A DNA stretch of 64,000 nt from an uncultured bacterium (GTDB taxonomy: Bacteria > Acidobacteriota > HRBIN11 > JAKEFK01), in the NCBI GenBank assembly GCA_963837395.1, contig CAWINI010000004.1:2699484-2763483 (forward strand). The letters are read 5' to 3'. Made by a program: the position numbers and the translations under genes. Shown here piece after piece: positions 9,423-19,271 of the stretch. The notes beneath the pieces were generated by a model. The model was not told the DNA's origin, did not search any database, and worked only from the letters and a program-made list of their open reading frames with translations. Every line of letters begins with the position of its first letter. Position 1 is the first letter of the stretch.

Positions 9423-10821
9423 TCAATAGTTGTACCAGCGCGGTCACATCTTTTTCAGTCGTTCTATAGTTTGTAATGCATGCACGCAGCGCTGCGGATG
9501 AATCAGGCAATCGGATCATTGAAATCCATGCTTTTCCACTGGCAAGCACCCGTTGAAGCAAAGTATTTATCCATTCAGGATTGTTACCGTCCGGACGTGA
9601 CGCATCCACAAAGCAAACTGTGGGAAGGGGTGTGTCATTTACAATCTTCCATCCGGAACCTGCAAGTTCAATTCGCAGTAAATCTCCTAATTTCCATTGG
9701 TGACGTATTGTATCTTCATAACCTTTCCAACCGGAACATGCTAAAGTCAAAAACAACTTTAGTCCAATAAAGCGTCGCGACCATTGCATTGAATGCGAAT
9801 AAGGATCAACAAAATCCAGCCCTGCGCCTTCTTTCGGCATATAATCCGTTGTGATTCTACATGTTTCACTCAAAATTTCAGGATGTCTTGTCAGGAACAT
9901 TCCTGCCCCCATCGGAACCGATAGCCACTTGTGTGCATCGAAAGTGATTGAATCGGAACGTTCAATGCCGCGCAAGACTTCTCTTCCTTCCGGTAACAGA
10001 ATCGCGGCACCACCCCATGCAGCATCGGTGTGAAACCACAATTTTTGTTCAGCGGCAATGTCATGCAATGTCATCAGATCATCGATGATTCCTGCACCGG
10101 TGGTTCCTGCTGTTGCAACAATCATGAATGGATCGAATCCTTCTTGTCGATCTTTTGTTATCAATTCGCGGAGCTTGCCAGGATCCATCTGAAGATTTTC
10201 ATTGACCGGAACTTCGCGCGCTGCATTCGTTCCTATTCCACTAAAACGAGCCGCTTTCAAAAATGAATGATGACTTTGCGCAGAAACATAAATCACCGGT
10301 TGAGCTGATAGTGCCCGCACACCCTCTCGCGCAAATTCAGGAAATGCATGAACCAGGGCTGTTAATACGGAAGTGTGATTTGCTTCCGCACCACCGGAAC
10401 AAAAAGTTCCATCTGCTTGATCAGGTGGATATCCAAATCGGATTCCAAATTCTCGAATCATATAATTTTCCGCTTCGGCTGCAAACGGATTGTGACTCCA
10501 GGCTGCCATTTGCGGATTTAGCGCTGCAACCAATGAATCTGCTGCGATGCTCATTGATGATGGCGCGGGATTAAATAAGCCGTAATACATCGGATGCGGT
10601 GTATGCACCTGATATTTCCGCATGCCTTCTACAACTTTTGTAATTGCTTCACCAGGTTTTAACGGCTGCGAAAAATCAAAACTTCGTACGAACTTCCGGA
10701 TGTTTTCAGGTTCCAGCGGAGGCGATACCGGAAGCATATGAACTTGATTGATGTAATCTTCTATTGCTGCAATCAAATCTTTCCAAAGTTGATTTCTCGC
10801 GGATTCATCTAACAACAACAT
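9406..10821 (-). CDS. PLP-dependent group II amino-acid decarboxylase (DABA/aromatic/glutamate decarboxylase family)
   Basis: DAHKW PLP-lysine motif; 471 aa; fold-type I decarboxylase signatures (SGGAEANHT, FHTDAAWGG). Confidence 0.85.
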   Translation of the reverse strand: MLLLDESARNQLWKDLIAAIEDYINQVHMLPVSPPLEPENIRKFVRSFDFSQPLKPGEAITKVVEGMRKYQVHTPHPMYYGLFNPAPSSMSIAADSLVAALNPQMAAWSHNPFAAEAENYMIREFGIRFGYPPDQADGTFCSGGAEANHTSVLTALVHAFPEFAREGVRALSAQPVIYVSAQSHHSFLKAARFSGIGTNAAREVPVNENLQMDPGKLRELITKDRQEGFDPFMIVATAGTTGAGIIDDLMTLHDIAAEQKLWFHTDAAWGGAAILLPEGREVLRGIERSDSITFDAHKWLSVPMGAGMFLTRHPEILSETCRITTDYMPKEGAGLDFVDPYSHSMQWSRRFIGLKLFLTLACSGWKGYEDTIRHQWKLGDLLRIELAGSGWKIVNDTPLPTVCFVDASRPDGNNPEWINTLLQRVLASGKAWISMIRLPDSSAALRACITNYRTTEKDVTALVQLLNDCRK

Positions 10822-10933
10822 AACCTGAGAATTTTACCGCAAAGATGCAGAATATCTGGCACTGTTCGCGAAAAGCCAGGTGGCTCTTTACAACGTCTGC
10901 AACTGAATTTACTGTTGTGCCAGGAGGTAGAGT

Positions 10934-11350
10934 ATGACAGTACTTTCACAATTTTCCCTGGTTCTGGAAGTTCCACCTGCAGAACCGCAAGAAGCATCAC
11001 GACACTTCGCATCAAAATTGTCGGTAGAAACAGATCCATCCGATGTAATGCTGGATCTGCAACGTGGTCAAACAGGCTTCATCATAGTTGATGTTCGTAG
11101 TACGGATGATTTTGAAGAATGTCATGTTGAAGGTGCAATTGGTTTTCCGTATCGACAAATCAATGCAGAAACAGTTACACGTTTACCAAAAGATAAATTG
11201 ATTGTGGTCTATTGTTGGGGACCTGGCTGCAACGCTTCCACAAAAGCGGCACTTCGATTGAGCACACTTGGATATTCAGTAAAGGAAATGATTGGCGGTT
11301 TAGAATACTGGAAAAGAGAAGGCGGCAATCTAACCGGTAAAACCGTTTAG
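10934..11350 (+). CDS. single-domain rhodanese (sulfurtransferase)
   Basis: Catalytic-loop motif VVYCWGPGCNAS and a conserved rhodanese C-terminal motif. Confidence 0.75.
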   Translation: MTVLSQFSLVLEVPPAEPQEASRHFASKLSVETDPSDVMLDLQRGQTGFIIVDVRSTDDFEECHVEGAIGFPYRQINAETVTRLPKDKLIVVYCWGPGCNASTKAALRLSTLGYSVKEMIGGLEYWKREGGNLTGKTV

Positions 11351-11354
11351 CCGG

Positions 11355-11597
11355 TTAGGTTGTTTTTCGAGATCCAGCTACAAGAACAACAATTCCACCA
11401 ACTACAAGCAAACCTCCAAGAATTGGCGGAAGTGGAATTGTTTTCTTCTCTTCTTTTGTTGCTTCAATTGGACCGATATCAATGATCTTTTCTTTCTTTG
11501 TGAAAGAGATCCCTCCATATGCAAATGCGATAATCCCTAAGACGATCAAAATTATGCCCAGTATTTTCATAGGCATAATTCTTACAGATTGCCTCAA
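11355..11597 (-). CDS. small two-TM membrane protein (DUF-type)
   Basis: 80 aa; two hydrophobic helices flanking a K/E-rich loop. Confidence 0.45.
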   Translation of the reverse strand: MRQSVRIMPMKILGIILIVLGIIAFAYGGISFTKKEKIIDIGPIEATKEEKKTIPLPPILGGLLVVGGIVVLVAGSRKTT

Positions 11598-11804
11598 TAA
11601 GTGTCTGTCGTTTTCACGAGTTATCTAATGTCCCACAAACTACTACAAAATTAGTCTTCTAAACCCATAGCGACGATTATGTCTCGTTGTAAGACGAAAA
11701 CAAACTCCAGACTGGCTTAAGACAGCCCAAATATCCCCAAAATGTCCCCGGTTGAGTAAAGTCTGAGCAATCATTTTTCGCCGAATGGCTCGCTAGAAGG
11801 CATT

Positions 11805-11820
11805 TGGCACAGACTGTGCT
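11805..11820 (+). promoter_or_regulatory. candidate sigma-54 (-24/-12) promoter TGGCAC-N5-gTGCt
   Basis: TGGCAC at 11805-11810 and TGC at 11817-11819, giving the correct GG/GC spacing; about 40 nt upstream of the ATG at 11861. Confidence 0.3.
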
Positions 11821-11860
11821 TTGCGGGGAGCTGAGTTAAAAAAACACTTGGAGTTCAACG

Positions 11861-12673
11861 ATGAAGAATATGCGTTTTAGAGTTGTTACCCCTTTACTGA
11901 TGTTAGCTATGATTTTAACCTTCACAATTCCTGTTGCTCGCGCACAAGAGGACGTTGATCGTCCGCTCGTGTTTCAAGCTGCAGGTTCAATTATCGGAGC
12001 AATTCAGGGCACAGTAGATGCTTTTCGCGCTGAGCTGGGAGACCCGAACAATGGAAATAATCCGGGACCGCTGGCGGATGGTCGCCGCGAAATTAACTGG
12101 GATGGCGGAGGCTCGGATGCTACTACAGCTCCAGTAACACCGTTTAACGTATTTTTAAATACGCGCGGTGCACAGTTCAGCACACCGGGAATCGGTTTAT
12201 CACAAGCGCCGGTAACTGGTGGTGCGCAGGGCGGTCTGGTTGTGCTCTTGAACAATCCAAATTACGCCAACATCTTTAGTACTTTCAGCCCGCTGCGCTT
12301 GTTTACTCCAGTAGGAAGCAAAATCACAGAAGGACAATTTTTCGTGCCTGGCACAAATGGAGCAAATCCAGCAGCAGTGCGTGGCTTCGGCGCAGTTTTC
12401 ACAGATGTTGATAAGCCGGATGGTGATAAATCAGTCAAGCATAGCACTACGATCGAGTACTTTGACGCTCAAGGCAAACTGCTTTTCACCGCGCTGGTTC
12501 CATCTTCGCCTGGTGATGGTGGTCTATCCTTCTACGGTATTGTGTTTAAGAATCCCCTTATCGCTAGCGTGAGGATCAAGACTGGAGACGCCAAACCCGG
12601 GGCAAATGATGGCAAGAAAGATGTCGTAATGATGGATGATTTCATCTACGGCGAACCACAACAACTTCAGTAG
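11861..12673 (+). CDS. secreted hypothetical protein (Gly/Pro/Asn-rich, no recognisable domain)
   Basis: Clear signal peptide (MKNMRFRVVTPLLMLAMILTFTIPVARAQ); AGGAG-like RBS (tggagttcaacgATG). Confidence 0.6.
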   Translation: MKNMRFRVVTPLLMLAMILTFTIPVARAQEDVDRPLVFQAAGSIIGAIQGTVDAFRAELGDPNNGNNPGPLADGRREINWDGGGSDATTAPVTPFNVFLNTRGAQFSTPGIGLSQAPVTGGAQGGLVVLLNNPNYANIFSTFSPLRLFTPVGSKITEGQFFVPGTNGANPAAVRGFGAVFTDVDKPDGDKSVKHSTTIEYFDAQGKLLFTALVPSSPGDGGLSFYGIVFKNPLIASVRIKTGDAKPGANDGKKDVVMMDDFIYGEPQQLQ

Positions 12674-12737
12674 TCATCTTCCAAAAGCTAACATGTGAAT
12701 TACGGAGGTCCGCAGAAAATAACTGCGGGCCTCTGTT

Positions 12738-13076
12738 TTATAGTTCCGGAAATTGATTGGACAATTTCTTCGGAGCGGTATTTAACCATGCCGCAACCAG
12801 TGCTTTCCTCACACTACTTTTTTTTGCAGCACGCAACGAAACTTTGGTAGCACCGCGACGTCCCCATCCTCCTTTGATTGGTGCAAAAATTTTTGGTTCG
12901 GAGTGAGTGAACATAGTTTGCTGTTCCGGAGTTAATTTGACCATGCCCCAATCATCATCAGGCCAGAGCGTCGCAAAAATTTTTCCGCGAACACGAAAAT
13001 CTGGATGATTCATGTGCGAACTTTCAACCGCTTCGGGAAGATCAAGTGCTAATTTTCGAAACTCATCTGCAGTCAT
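12738..13076 (-). CDS. YjbR/MmcQ-family small protein
   Basis: MTADEFRKLALDLPEAVE...RVRGKIFATLWPDD pattern; the longer ORF form (to 13175) would overlap the ankyrin gene by 92 nt, so the internal Met at 13076 is preferred. Confidence 0.6.
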   Translation of the reverse strand: MTADEFRKLALDLPEAVESSHMNHPDFRVRGKIFATLWPDDDWGMVKLTPEQQTMFTHSEPKIFAPIKGGWGRRGATKVSLRAAKKSSVRKALVAAWLNTAPKKLSNQFPEL

Positions 13077-13083
13077 CCCGAAT

Positions 13084-14625
13084 TTACCAGGCGTCTCCTT
13101 GTTTGTATCTTTCAGCTGGAAGTAAATCAAGCACCTTCTGAAATTCTGCTTTTGTAACATCATCCATAGGCACATTTTTAAGGTGATTGTAAGCCAACCT
13201 CCAGGCTGTAATGTGGTTATTGTCCATCAAGGAAGAATCTGCTTTTCGATCAAGCAAAAACTGAACTGCATCTAAATTGCCTTGTTCCGCTGTATTCATT
13301 AGTGCAGTTCTTCCCTTATTGTCTGCAATGTTTACATTAGCTCCAGCCGAAGTAAGTGTTTTTATATCTTCGACATGGTTTCTATCAGAAGCTTGAATGA
13401 GCGCCGTCTTACCATCCTTATCCTTTAGATCGAGATCTGCACTTTTGATCATTGCATCTTTCGCTGCCACAAAGGCATCAGGTGCTATGAAGTGCGGGGC
13501 ATCAAACAGATCCATAATCGCAGTTTTGCCATTTTTGTCTTGTAGATTTAAGTCTGCACCTTTATCTACCATTGCCTTAACCGATTCACCATCGACTGAC
13601 TTGCTTGCTTCCATCAATGCTGTGCGTCCATCCTTATTCATAATGTCAGGATTTTTGGATCGTTTAATCATCTCTTTTACTGCAGTTGGATCTGCGGGAG
13701 TTCCAGGAAAACCTTTCCGCAATGAAAGCATCAATGCTGTGTCTCCGTTTTTATCTTGCAAGTCGGGATCGCTGCGTCTTGCCAATGCTCTAATCACTTC
13801 TGGATTTCCTTTATCGATGGCTTCCATTAATGCCGTTTTGCCGTTCTCATCCTGCATATCGAAACCGGGATTGTGTCTCAACAATTCTCTTACTGAACGG
13901 CCATCTCCTTTGTTCACTGCTTCCATTAAAGGAGTGCGGCCATGATCATCAGGAATACTTGCATCAGCACCTTTTTGTAGCAAAGTTGTTGCGGCGTTGG
14001 AATGGCCATGTTTAACTGCATTCATCAAAGCAGTATTGCCATTTGCATCAATACTGTCCATGACGTTTGGACGATACTGCAACAGAGTTTCCACACTGTG
14101 ATTCAAACCCAGACTCGCTGCCTGCGACAGGGCTGTCTGACCATTTGAATCCTTTACAGTTACGTCTGCATTAAATCTTTTTACCAATGTTTCCATCGCT
14201 GTTTTATTACCGGACGTGGCCGCAAGCATTAAAGCAGTTTTGCCATTCACATCTTTGGAATTTACATTAGCGCCTTTCTTAAGAAGCTCTTCCATTTTCT
14301 TAGTATCATTTTTGAGAGTTGCATCTCTAAATTGATCATCGACTGTTTTCCCTATGTTTGATGTCGCTGTTGGAATTGCTGCCACATGGGGAGATGACAC
14401 AATCTGCGATTGGCGTGCGAAAGAACTCAACGACTGTTCAGCCATTTTTGCTTGAGCTCCACTCTTGGAAAGATTCGTGGATTTGGAATCTGTATCAGAT
14501 ACAGGAGCTTGTGGACTTGAATCCGTTGGAAGATTCTGATCTGACTGAACCTTTTCGGTATTAATTTCAGAATCCGTTGAGTTGGAAATGTTTTTAGTTC
14601 CGATAGGCGGTGTGGTGATGGACAT
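13084..14625 (-). CDS. ankyrin-repeat protein (about 11 ANK repeats) with an S/T-rich low-complexity N-terminus
   Basis: Repeated G-TALM-A...G......LL..GA..N motifs throughout; no signal peptide. Confidence 0.85.
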   Translation of the reverse strand: MSITTPPIGTKNISNSTDSEINTEKVQSDQNLPTDSSPQAPVSDTDSKSTNLSKSGAQAKMAEQSLSSFARQSQIVSSPHVAAIPTATSNIGKTVDDQFRDATLKNDTKKMEELLKKGANVNSKDVNGKTALMLAATSGNKTAMETLVKRFNADVTVKDSNGQTALSQAASLGLNHSVETLLQYRPNVMDSIDANGNTALMNAVKHGHSNAATTLLQKGADASIPDDHGRTPLMEAVNKGDGRSVRELLRHNPGFDMQDENGKTALMEAIDKGNPEVIRALARRSDPDLQDKNGDTALMLSLRKGFPGTPADPTAVKEMIKRSKNPDIMNKDGRTALMEASKSVDGESVKAMVDKGADLNLQDKNGKTAIMDLFDAPHFIAPDAFVAAKDAMIKSADLDLKDKDGKTALIQASDRNHVEDIKTLTSAGANVNIADNKGRTALMNTAEQGNLDAVQFLLDRKADSSLMDNNHITAWRLAYNHLKNVPMDDVTKAEFQKVLDLLPAERYKQGDAW

Positions 14626-14679
14626 ACTTTCCTCCTGCTAACTAAGACGTGTGCAAGAGAAAGTGAACGGAGATTAAAG

Positions 14680-14752
14680 TGAGCCTGACGAGATTCGAAC
14701 TCGTGACCTCCTGAATGCCATTCAGGCGCGCTCCCAACTGCGCCACAGGCCC
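14680..14752 (-). tRNA. tRNA-Ala (anticodon GGC)
   Basis: Hand-folded cloverleaf: acceptor GGGCCUG/CAGGCUC, D-stem GCGC/GCGC, anticodon stem CCUGA/UCAGG with loop AUGGCAU (identical to the E. coli tRNA-Ala GGC loop), T-loop UUCGAAU, discriminator A. CCA is not encoded. The acceptor stem shows G2.U71 and G3:C70. Confidence 0.8.
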
Positions 14753-14851
14753 ATGCATGAAACGGGAAATAGATTATATCGATTCAAAACATCTAATTCA
14801 AAACAACTCTGCTCCATTTCCATCTGCAGCGGAGAAAGGGAGCAGGGGAGA

Positions 14852-16765
14852 TTAGGTTTCTTGTGGATTGATCGCGGCTTCGTTAATCCAGATTTCCTTT
14901 TCATATTTCTTGCGGAGCATCGCGCGATATCCCTGAATGAATGTGCTTTGCTTTTGCGATAAAAGCTGTTCGCGAATCGAATCTTTCTCCTTCGCAAATT
15001 CAGCCGGACTAAAATCTTTCCTATCTTTCAACTGAAACACGACTACATTATTTTCGTTTTTTACCGGACCGCTAATCTCACCAACTTTCATTGAGAACGC
15101 TTTATCGTTCACTTCTTTTGCTTGACCCAGGTCACCCATGTAACCACTTTTCGTAAATTCATCGCTGGTCTTTACAGTGAGTTTGGCTGTGTCCGCGGCA
15201 GCTTTTAGATCTGTAGCGGTTCCAATGGCATCATAAAACTTCTTCGCCTGTTCCATCGTGATTTCAGTTGCTTTCTCATGTTTGTATTTTTGAGTTGCTT
15301 TGGTTTGTACTTTTTCAAAAGGCTGAATTTCTGATCCGCGAGTATCCAGAAGTTGAATGACTGCGTAATCTTGAAAAACTTTAACGGGTTCACTTATTTC
15401 GCCTTTCTTCAAGTCAAATGCAGCATTGCGAAATGCGGGACTTAATCCGGCAATATCCTGATCTTTTGAAAAGAAGTCTGTAGTCTTTAGTTCGACAAGT
15501 TGAATCTTAGCAATTTCGGCCATCGATTTTTTGTTCTTTGTAATTTCTTCGTGCAATTTCTTAGCTTGCTCTTCCGCGGCTTTCATCGCTTGAGGTTCCG
15601 ATAACTCGCGATAAATTTGATCTTTTACCAGTGCAAACTCCGGCTGAAAAGCCGGTTGTTTGCCAAGCGATTGAATGATGTGATAACCGAATTGCGTTTT
15701 TACCGGATCGCTAATTTGATTTGTCTGCAGTTCAAATGCAGCTTTTTCGAATTCCGGAACCATTTGGCCGCGTCCGAAAAATCCTAAATCGCCGCCATTT
15801 TCTTTTGAACCAGGATCCTCAGAATATTCTTTTGCCAGTTCCTCAAAGTTTGCTCCACCTCTAAGTTTTGCCACTAATTCTTGCGCTTGTTTTAACACTG
15901 CCGCATCATCTTTGCTTTCACCGGTTTTCAGTAGAATGTGACGTGCATGTACTTGCTCAGGACGCCCGAAGCGTTCTTTATTCTGGTCGTAATATTCTTT
16001 GAGCTTTGATTCTGGAATTTGAACCTTATTCTTCTCCGATGTATGGGATACCCATAGGTATTGTACTTTCCGCTGCTCACCGGTTTGAAAATCATTCTTA
16101 TGGGCATCGTAATAAGCGCGAACTTCTTCCGGTGTTGGATTCAAATCTTTCATCGCAGGAGCAACATCAAACTTTACATAATCAATTTTTGCGGTGAGTT
16201 TCTGTTTTTTGTACTGATCTTCTACTTCAGAATCACTAACCAGCATTCCTGCAGTTAATAAATCGTTGTACTTGGTGATGATGATGTCATCTCGAACTGT
16301 TTTTTCAAATTGATCTACATTCATTTTGAATGCTACATCGATAATCCGTTCGTATTCTTGCATTCCTACGAATTGGCCATTTCTTTTCAAAAATTCGTAT
16401 TGCAGAATTTCGTTTTGTACTTCTTCATCCGTGGTTATGATTCCAGCTTTTTTTGCTTCACGCAATATTAACTTCCGATCTACGAGACTTTGAATTGCTT
16501 GCTGGCGGAAGAAAGCTAACACCTGTGGGCTTAATTCTCCGCCCTGCTGTTTATACATTTCTTCCTGTTGACGGCGTATGGAGTCAACGGTGTGTTGAAA
16601 TTCAGTGAAGCCGATTTTTTCATCGCCAACAGCTGCCATGCTGGATGATGGATCGTGACGATTTACGCTGGCGAAATTGCCGGCATAAAAAGCGATGAAA
16701 ACTATAACTACTGTCCAAAGTACAACTTTGATCAGCGTTTTGCGTGAGCGAATACTATCTAACAT
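14852..16765 (-). CDS. periplasmic chaperone / parvulin-type peptidyl-prolyl isomerase (PpiD/SurA-like)
   Basis: N-terminal TM anchor and a parvulin PPIase domain ([15 protein letters not shown]...[17 protein letters not shown]). Start placed at ATG 16765 (GAGG 5 nt upstream) rather than the ORF-track start at 16852, which would overlap nadB by 58 nt. Confidence 0.8.
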   Translation of the reverse strand: MLDSIRSRKTLIKVVLWTVVIVFIAFYAGNFASVNRHDPSSSMAAVGDEKIGFTEFQHTVDSIRRQQEEMYKQQGGELSPQVLAFFRQQAIQSLVDRKLILREAKKAGIITTDEEVQNEILQYEFLKRNGQFVGMQEYERIIDVAFKMNVDQFEKTVRDDIIITKYNDLLTAGMLVSDSEVEDQYKKQKLTAKIDYVKFDVAPAMKDLNPTPEEVRAYYDAHKNDFQTGEQRKVQYLWVSHTSEKNKVQIPESKLKEYYDQNKERFGRPEQVHARHILLKTGESKDDAAVLKQAQELVAKLRGGANFEELAKEYSEDPGSKENGGDLGFFGRGQMVPEFEKAAFELQTNQISDPVKTQFGYHIIQSLGKQPAFQPEFALVKDQIYRELSEPQAMKAAEEQAKKLHEEITKNKKSMAEIAKIQLVELKTTDFFSKDQDIAGLSPAFRNAAFDLKKGEISEPVKVFQDYAVIQLLDTRGSEIQPFEKVQTKATQKYKHEKATEITMEQAKKFYDAIGTATDLKAAADTAKLTVKTSDEFTKSGYMGDLGQAKEVNDKAFSMKVGEISGPVKNENNVVVFQLKDRKDFSPAEFAKEKDSIREQLLSQKQSTFIQGYRAMLRKKYEKEIWINEAAINPQET

Positions 16766-16794
16766 ACATGCCTCAATTAATATTTGTGTATTTA

Positions 16795-18342
16795 TTAAAG
16801 CTGGGTAAGCTCGATCTGGCCGTTGCGTAAGATTGAATGGAAACCGTTCCATTCCGGATTCCGGGAAGGATAATCTTCGCGGAAATGTGAACCGCGGCTT
16901 TCTCGGCGTTGCAGCGCGAATGAACCCATTAATTTAGAACATTCAAGAAGATTAATCAATTCCAATTCTGCAACACTGGTCGGATCAAAAATCGGCGTAT
17001 CTTGAAGAAATTCCAACGCTTGTTTGATTCCTGTTTCGTTTCGGATCAGGCCAAGATATTTCCAGTTGTTTGATTGTAACCGAGCTCTGAGCTGCTCGGG
17101 ATTTGTTCGCAGATATCCGATCGTTAATGGATCCGGTTCAAACGATTGCGGGATAGCAAATGATCGTTTAATCATGTTTTCACCGCAACGGGCTCCATAA
17201 ACAAGTCCTTCCAAAAGTGAATTACTGGCCAAACGATTCGCACCATGCACACCGTTACATGCAACTTCACCCGCAGCAAATAGTCCGGTGATTGAGGTCT
17301 CACCATCTAATCCGGCACGAACACCACCCATCCAATAATGAGCACTCGGACTAACTGGAATTAGATCTTGCGCCAGATCCAATTCATAACCTTGCAAAAA
17401 TTGGTGGATGTTTGGGAAACGGCTATAAAGTTTTTTGCGCGAAATTCCGGTTGCATCCAGATAAACCCATGAACTGCCGGTAGAATTCATTTCACTGACA
17501 ATCGCGCGGCTAACGATATCACGCGGTGCGAGATCAGCCATCGGGTGATACTTTTTCATGAATGCTTTGCCTTCCGTATTTTTCAAAGTTGCACCTTCAC
17601 CGCGAAGCGCTTCTGTTAACAAAAACCGCGGAGCTCCGGAAAAATGAAATGCAGTTGGATGGTATTGGAAGAATTCAATATCCATCATCTCCGCGCCGGC
17701 CCGCATTGCCATTGCAACACCATCGCCAGTTGCAGCAGGAGGATTTGTTGTATGGCTATAGATTTGTCCGGCACCGCCGGTTGCAAGCAGAACCGTTCGC
17801 GCAAGAACGGCACTCCTTTCACCCGATTCTTGATCCATAATAACCACACCACATGCACGTCTATCCTGAATAATCAAATTCACCGCAGGGCGATACGGAA
17901 TTATTTCAATGCCTGAAGTTTGTTGAACCCAATTTAGAAGTGCGCGAACAATTTCTTTTCCTGTGGCATCACCAGCATGCAGAATTCGATTTTGGGAATG
18001 AGCTCCTTCGCGCCCAAAAACAAACCTTCCATCTTTCTGATCAAATTGAGCGCCCCAATTTACCAGTTCTTCAATTCGTTGTGGACCCTCTTCAACTAAT
18101 ATGCGGACTGCTGGTTCATAACAAAGTTCATCACCAGCATTCAAAGTATCTTGCAAATGAAATTCAACCGTATCCCCTTCTTGCATTGCTGCAGCAATAC
18201 CGCCCTGGCAACGCGTGTTACTTTCCCATGGATCTCCTTTGCAAAAAACTTTCACCGATCCGTGTTTAACTAATTCCAGAGATGCGCGCAGTCCGGCAAT
18301 TCCTGATCCAACAACAATGTAATCGCAACTTTCGATCTTCAT
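16795..18342 (-). CDS. nadB: L-aspartate oxidase
   Basis: FAD-binding [12 protein letters not shown]; fumarate-reductase/succinate-dehydrogenase flavoprotein fold; [10 protein letters not shown]-terminal motif; 515 aa. Confidence 0.85.
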   Translation of the reverse strand: MKIESCDYIVVGSGIAGLRASLELVKHGSVKVFCKGDPWESNTRCQGGIAAAMQEGDTVEFHLQDTLNAGDELCYEPAVRILVEEGPQRIEELVNWGAQFDQKDGRFVFGREGAHSQNRILHAGDATGKEIVRALLNWVQQTSGIEIIPYRPAVNLIIQDRRACGVVIMDQESGERSAVLARTVLLATGGAGQIYSHTTNPPAATGDGVAMAMRAGAEMMDIEFFQYHPTAFHFSGAPRFLLTEALRGEGATLKNTEGKAFMKKYHPMADLAPRDIVSRAIVSEMNSTGSSWVYLDATGISRKKLYSRFPNIHQFLQGYELDLAQDLIPVSPSAHYWMGGVRAGLDGETSITGLFAAGEVACNGVHGANRLASNSLLEGLVYGARCGENMIKRSFAIPQSFEPDPLTIGYLRTNPEQLRARLQSNNWKYLGLIRNETGIKQALEFLQDTPIFDPTSVAELELINLLECSKLMGSFALQRRESRGSHFREDYPSRNPEWNGFHSILRNGQIELTQL

Positions 18343-18363
18343 TTTGAGATTCTGACTTTGTAC

Positions 18364-19104
18364 TTAGACGCCAAGCGACAGACGATTCGCTAGAGATTGG
18401 GGAAGTCCGGCTTTCAAAATTTTACCCTGAGCTCTTGGCACCGAATATTCCACTCTCTTAAATGTAAGTGTTCTTCGTTCAGAATCGTACATTGCGAAGC
18501 TTGCGAGAGGATTTTTATCGCGGGGCTGGCCTACGGATCCTGGATTGATCAAATATTTAAAGCCGTTCACCAGTTCAACTTTTACTCTTTCGGCATTCGG
18601 ACGGAAAGTATATAAACGCTGATTGCTAACAGCATAGATAACTGGCAGATGGGTGTGTCCAAAAAAACAAATCCTAAAATCCATTACTTGAAAAACTTCG
18701 TAGGCATCGTAATCGCTGAAAATGTATGCATCTTCATCAATTGGTGTGCCATGCGAAACCATAATCTGACTATCAACCATTAAAGGTCCTTGCGGAAGAC
18801 GAATTAAATAAGAGCGATTCTCCGGAGTTAGTTTCTTTCGAGTCCACAATGCTGAAGTCACTGCCGCTTTATTAAAGTTGTCACCTGATTCCAGGCCTGA
18901 TGCGACCTTATCGTGATTTCCACGAATAACGACTGCTTGCCTAAATTTGCGAATGATATCGATGATTTGATTCGGATTTGCGCCGTAACCAACGAGGTCA
19001 CCTAAAACCAGAATACGATGAAATTTCTTTCGCTTTACGTTTGCTAGAACGGCAGAAAGCGCTTCGAGATTTGAATGGATGTCGCTAATGATCAGATATT
19101 TCAT
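18364..19104 (-). CDS. metallophosphoesterase (calcineurin-like, YfcE/MJ0936 type)
   Basis: DIHSN, GDLVGYG and GNHD metal-ligand motifs. Confidence 0.8.
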   Translation of the reverse strand: MKYLIISDIHSNLEALSAVLANVKRKKFHRILVLGDLVGYGANPNQIIDIIRKFRQAVVIRGNHDKVASGLESGDNFNKAAVTSALWTRKKLTPENRSYLIRLPQGPLMVDSQIMVSHGTPIDEDAYIFSDYDAYEVFQVMDFRICFFGHTHLPVIYAVSNQRLYTFRPNAERVKVELVNGFKYLINPGSVGQPRDKNPLASFAMYDSERRTLTFKRVEYSVPRAQGKILKAGLPQSLANRLSLGV

Positions 19105-19175
19105 ACAGTCTTGAACTTAGGCCTAGGGGGGACAGTCACTATACCAAATCGGTACCACCAAATCAAACAAAACTC

Positions 19176-19251
19176 GATGCTGGATGCTAGATGCCTGATG
19201 CTTGGAAAAACGTTCGCAGTACCTAGCATCTAGCATCTAGCATCCGGCATC
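19176..19251. repeat. 76-nt imperfect palindrome whose arms are four tandem GATGCTN heptads, in the MPE/coaD divergent promoter region
   Basis: Left arm gatgctggatgctagatgcctgatgctt; right arm tagcatctagcatctagcatccggcatc (its reverse complement is gatgccggatgctagatgctagatgcta); 20-nt spacer containing AACGTT. Confidence 0.6.
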
Positions 19252-19271
19252 GTATAAAATTGCGAGACATT

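Noticed and set aside
10860-10880. Possible sigma-54 element TGGCAC-tgttcGCG upstream of the rhodanese gene
   Set aside because: The -12 GC is displaced by one position relative to consensus spacing; too weak to call
13077-13175. N-terminal extension of the YjbR-like gene overlapping the ankyrin gene
   Set aside because: Extension is hydrophobic junk (MCLWMMLQKQNFRRCLIYFQ); the conserved family N-terminus begins at MTADEF
13397-13945. 182-aa plus-strand ORF opposite the ankyrin-repeat gene
   Set aside because: Low-complexity Ser/Ala/Leu translation, which is the expected mirror of ankyrin codons; no start context
16766-16852. Long N-terminal extension of ppiD overlapping nadB by 58 nt
   Set aside because: An internal ATG at 16765 with GAGG RBS gives a normal TM-first N-terminus and removes the overlap
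19176-19251. CRISPR array interpretation of the tandem heptad repeats (here and at 22827, 49341, 51401)
   Set aside because: Repeat units are 7-8 nt and contiguous with no unique spacers; arms are mutually palindromic; no cas genes
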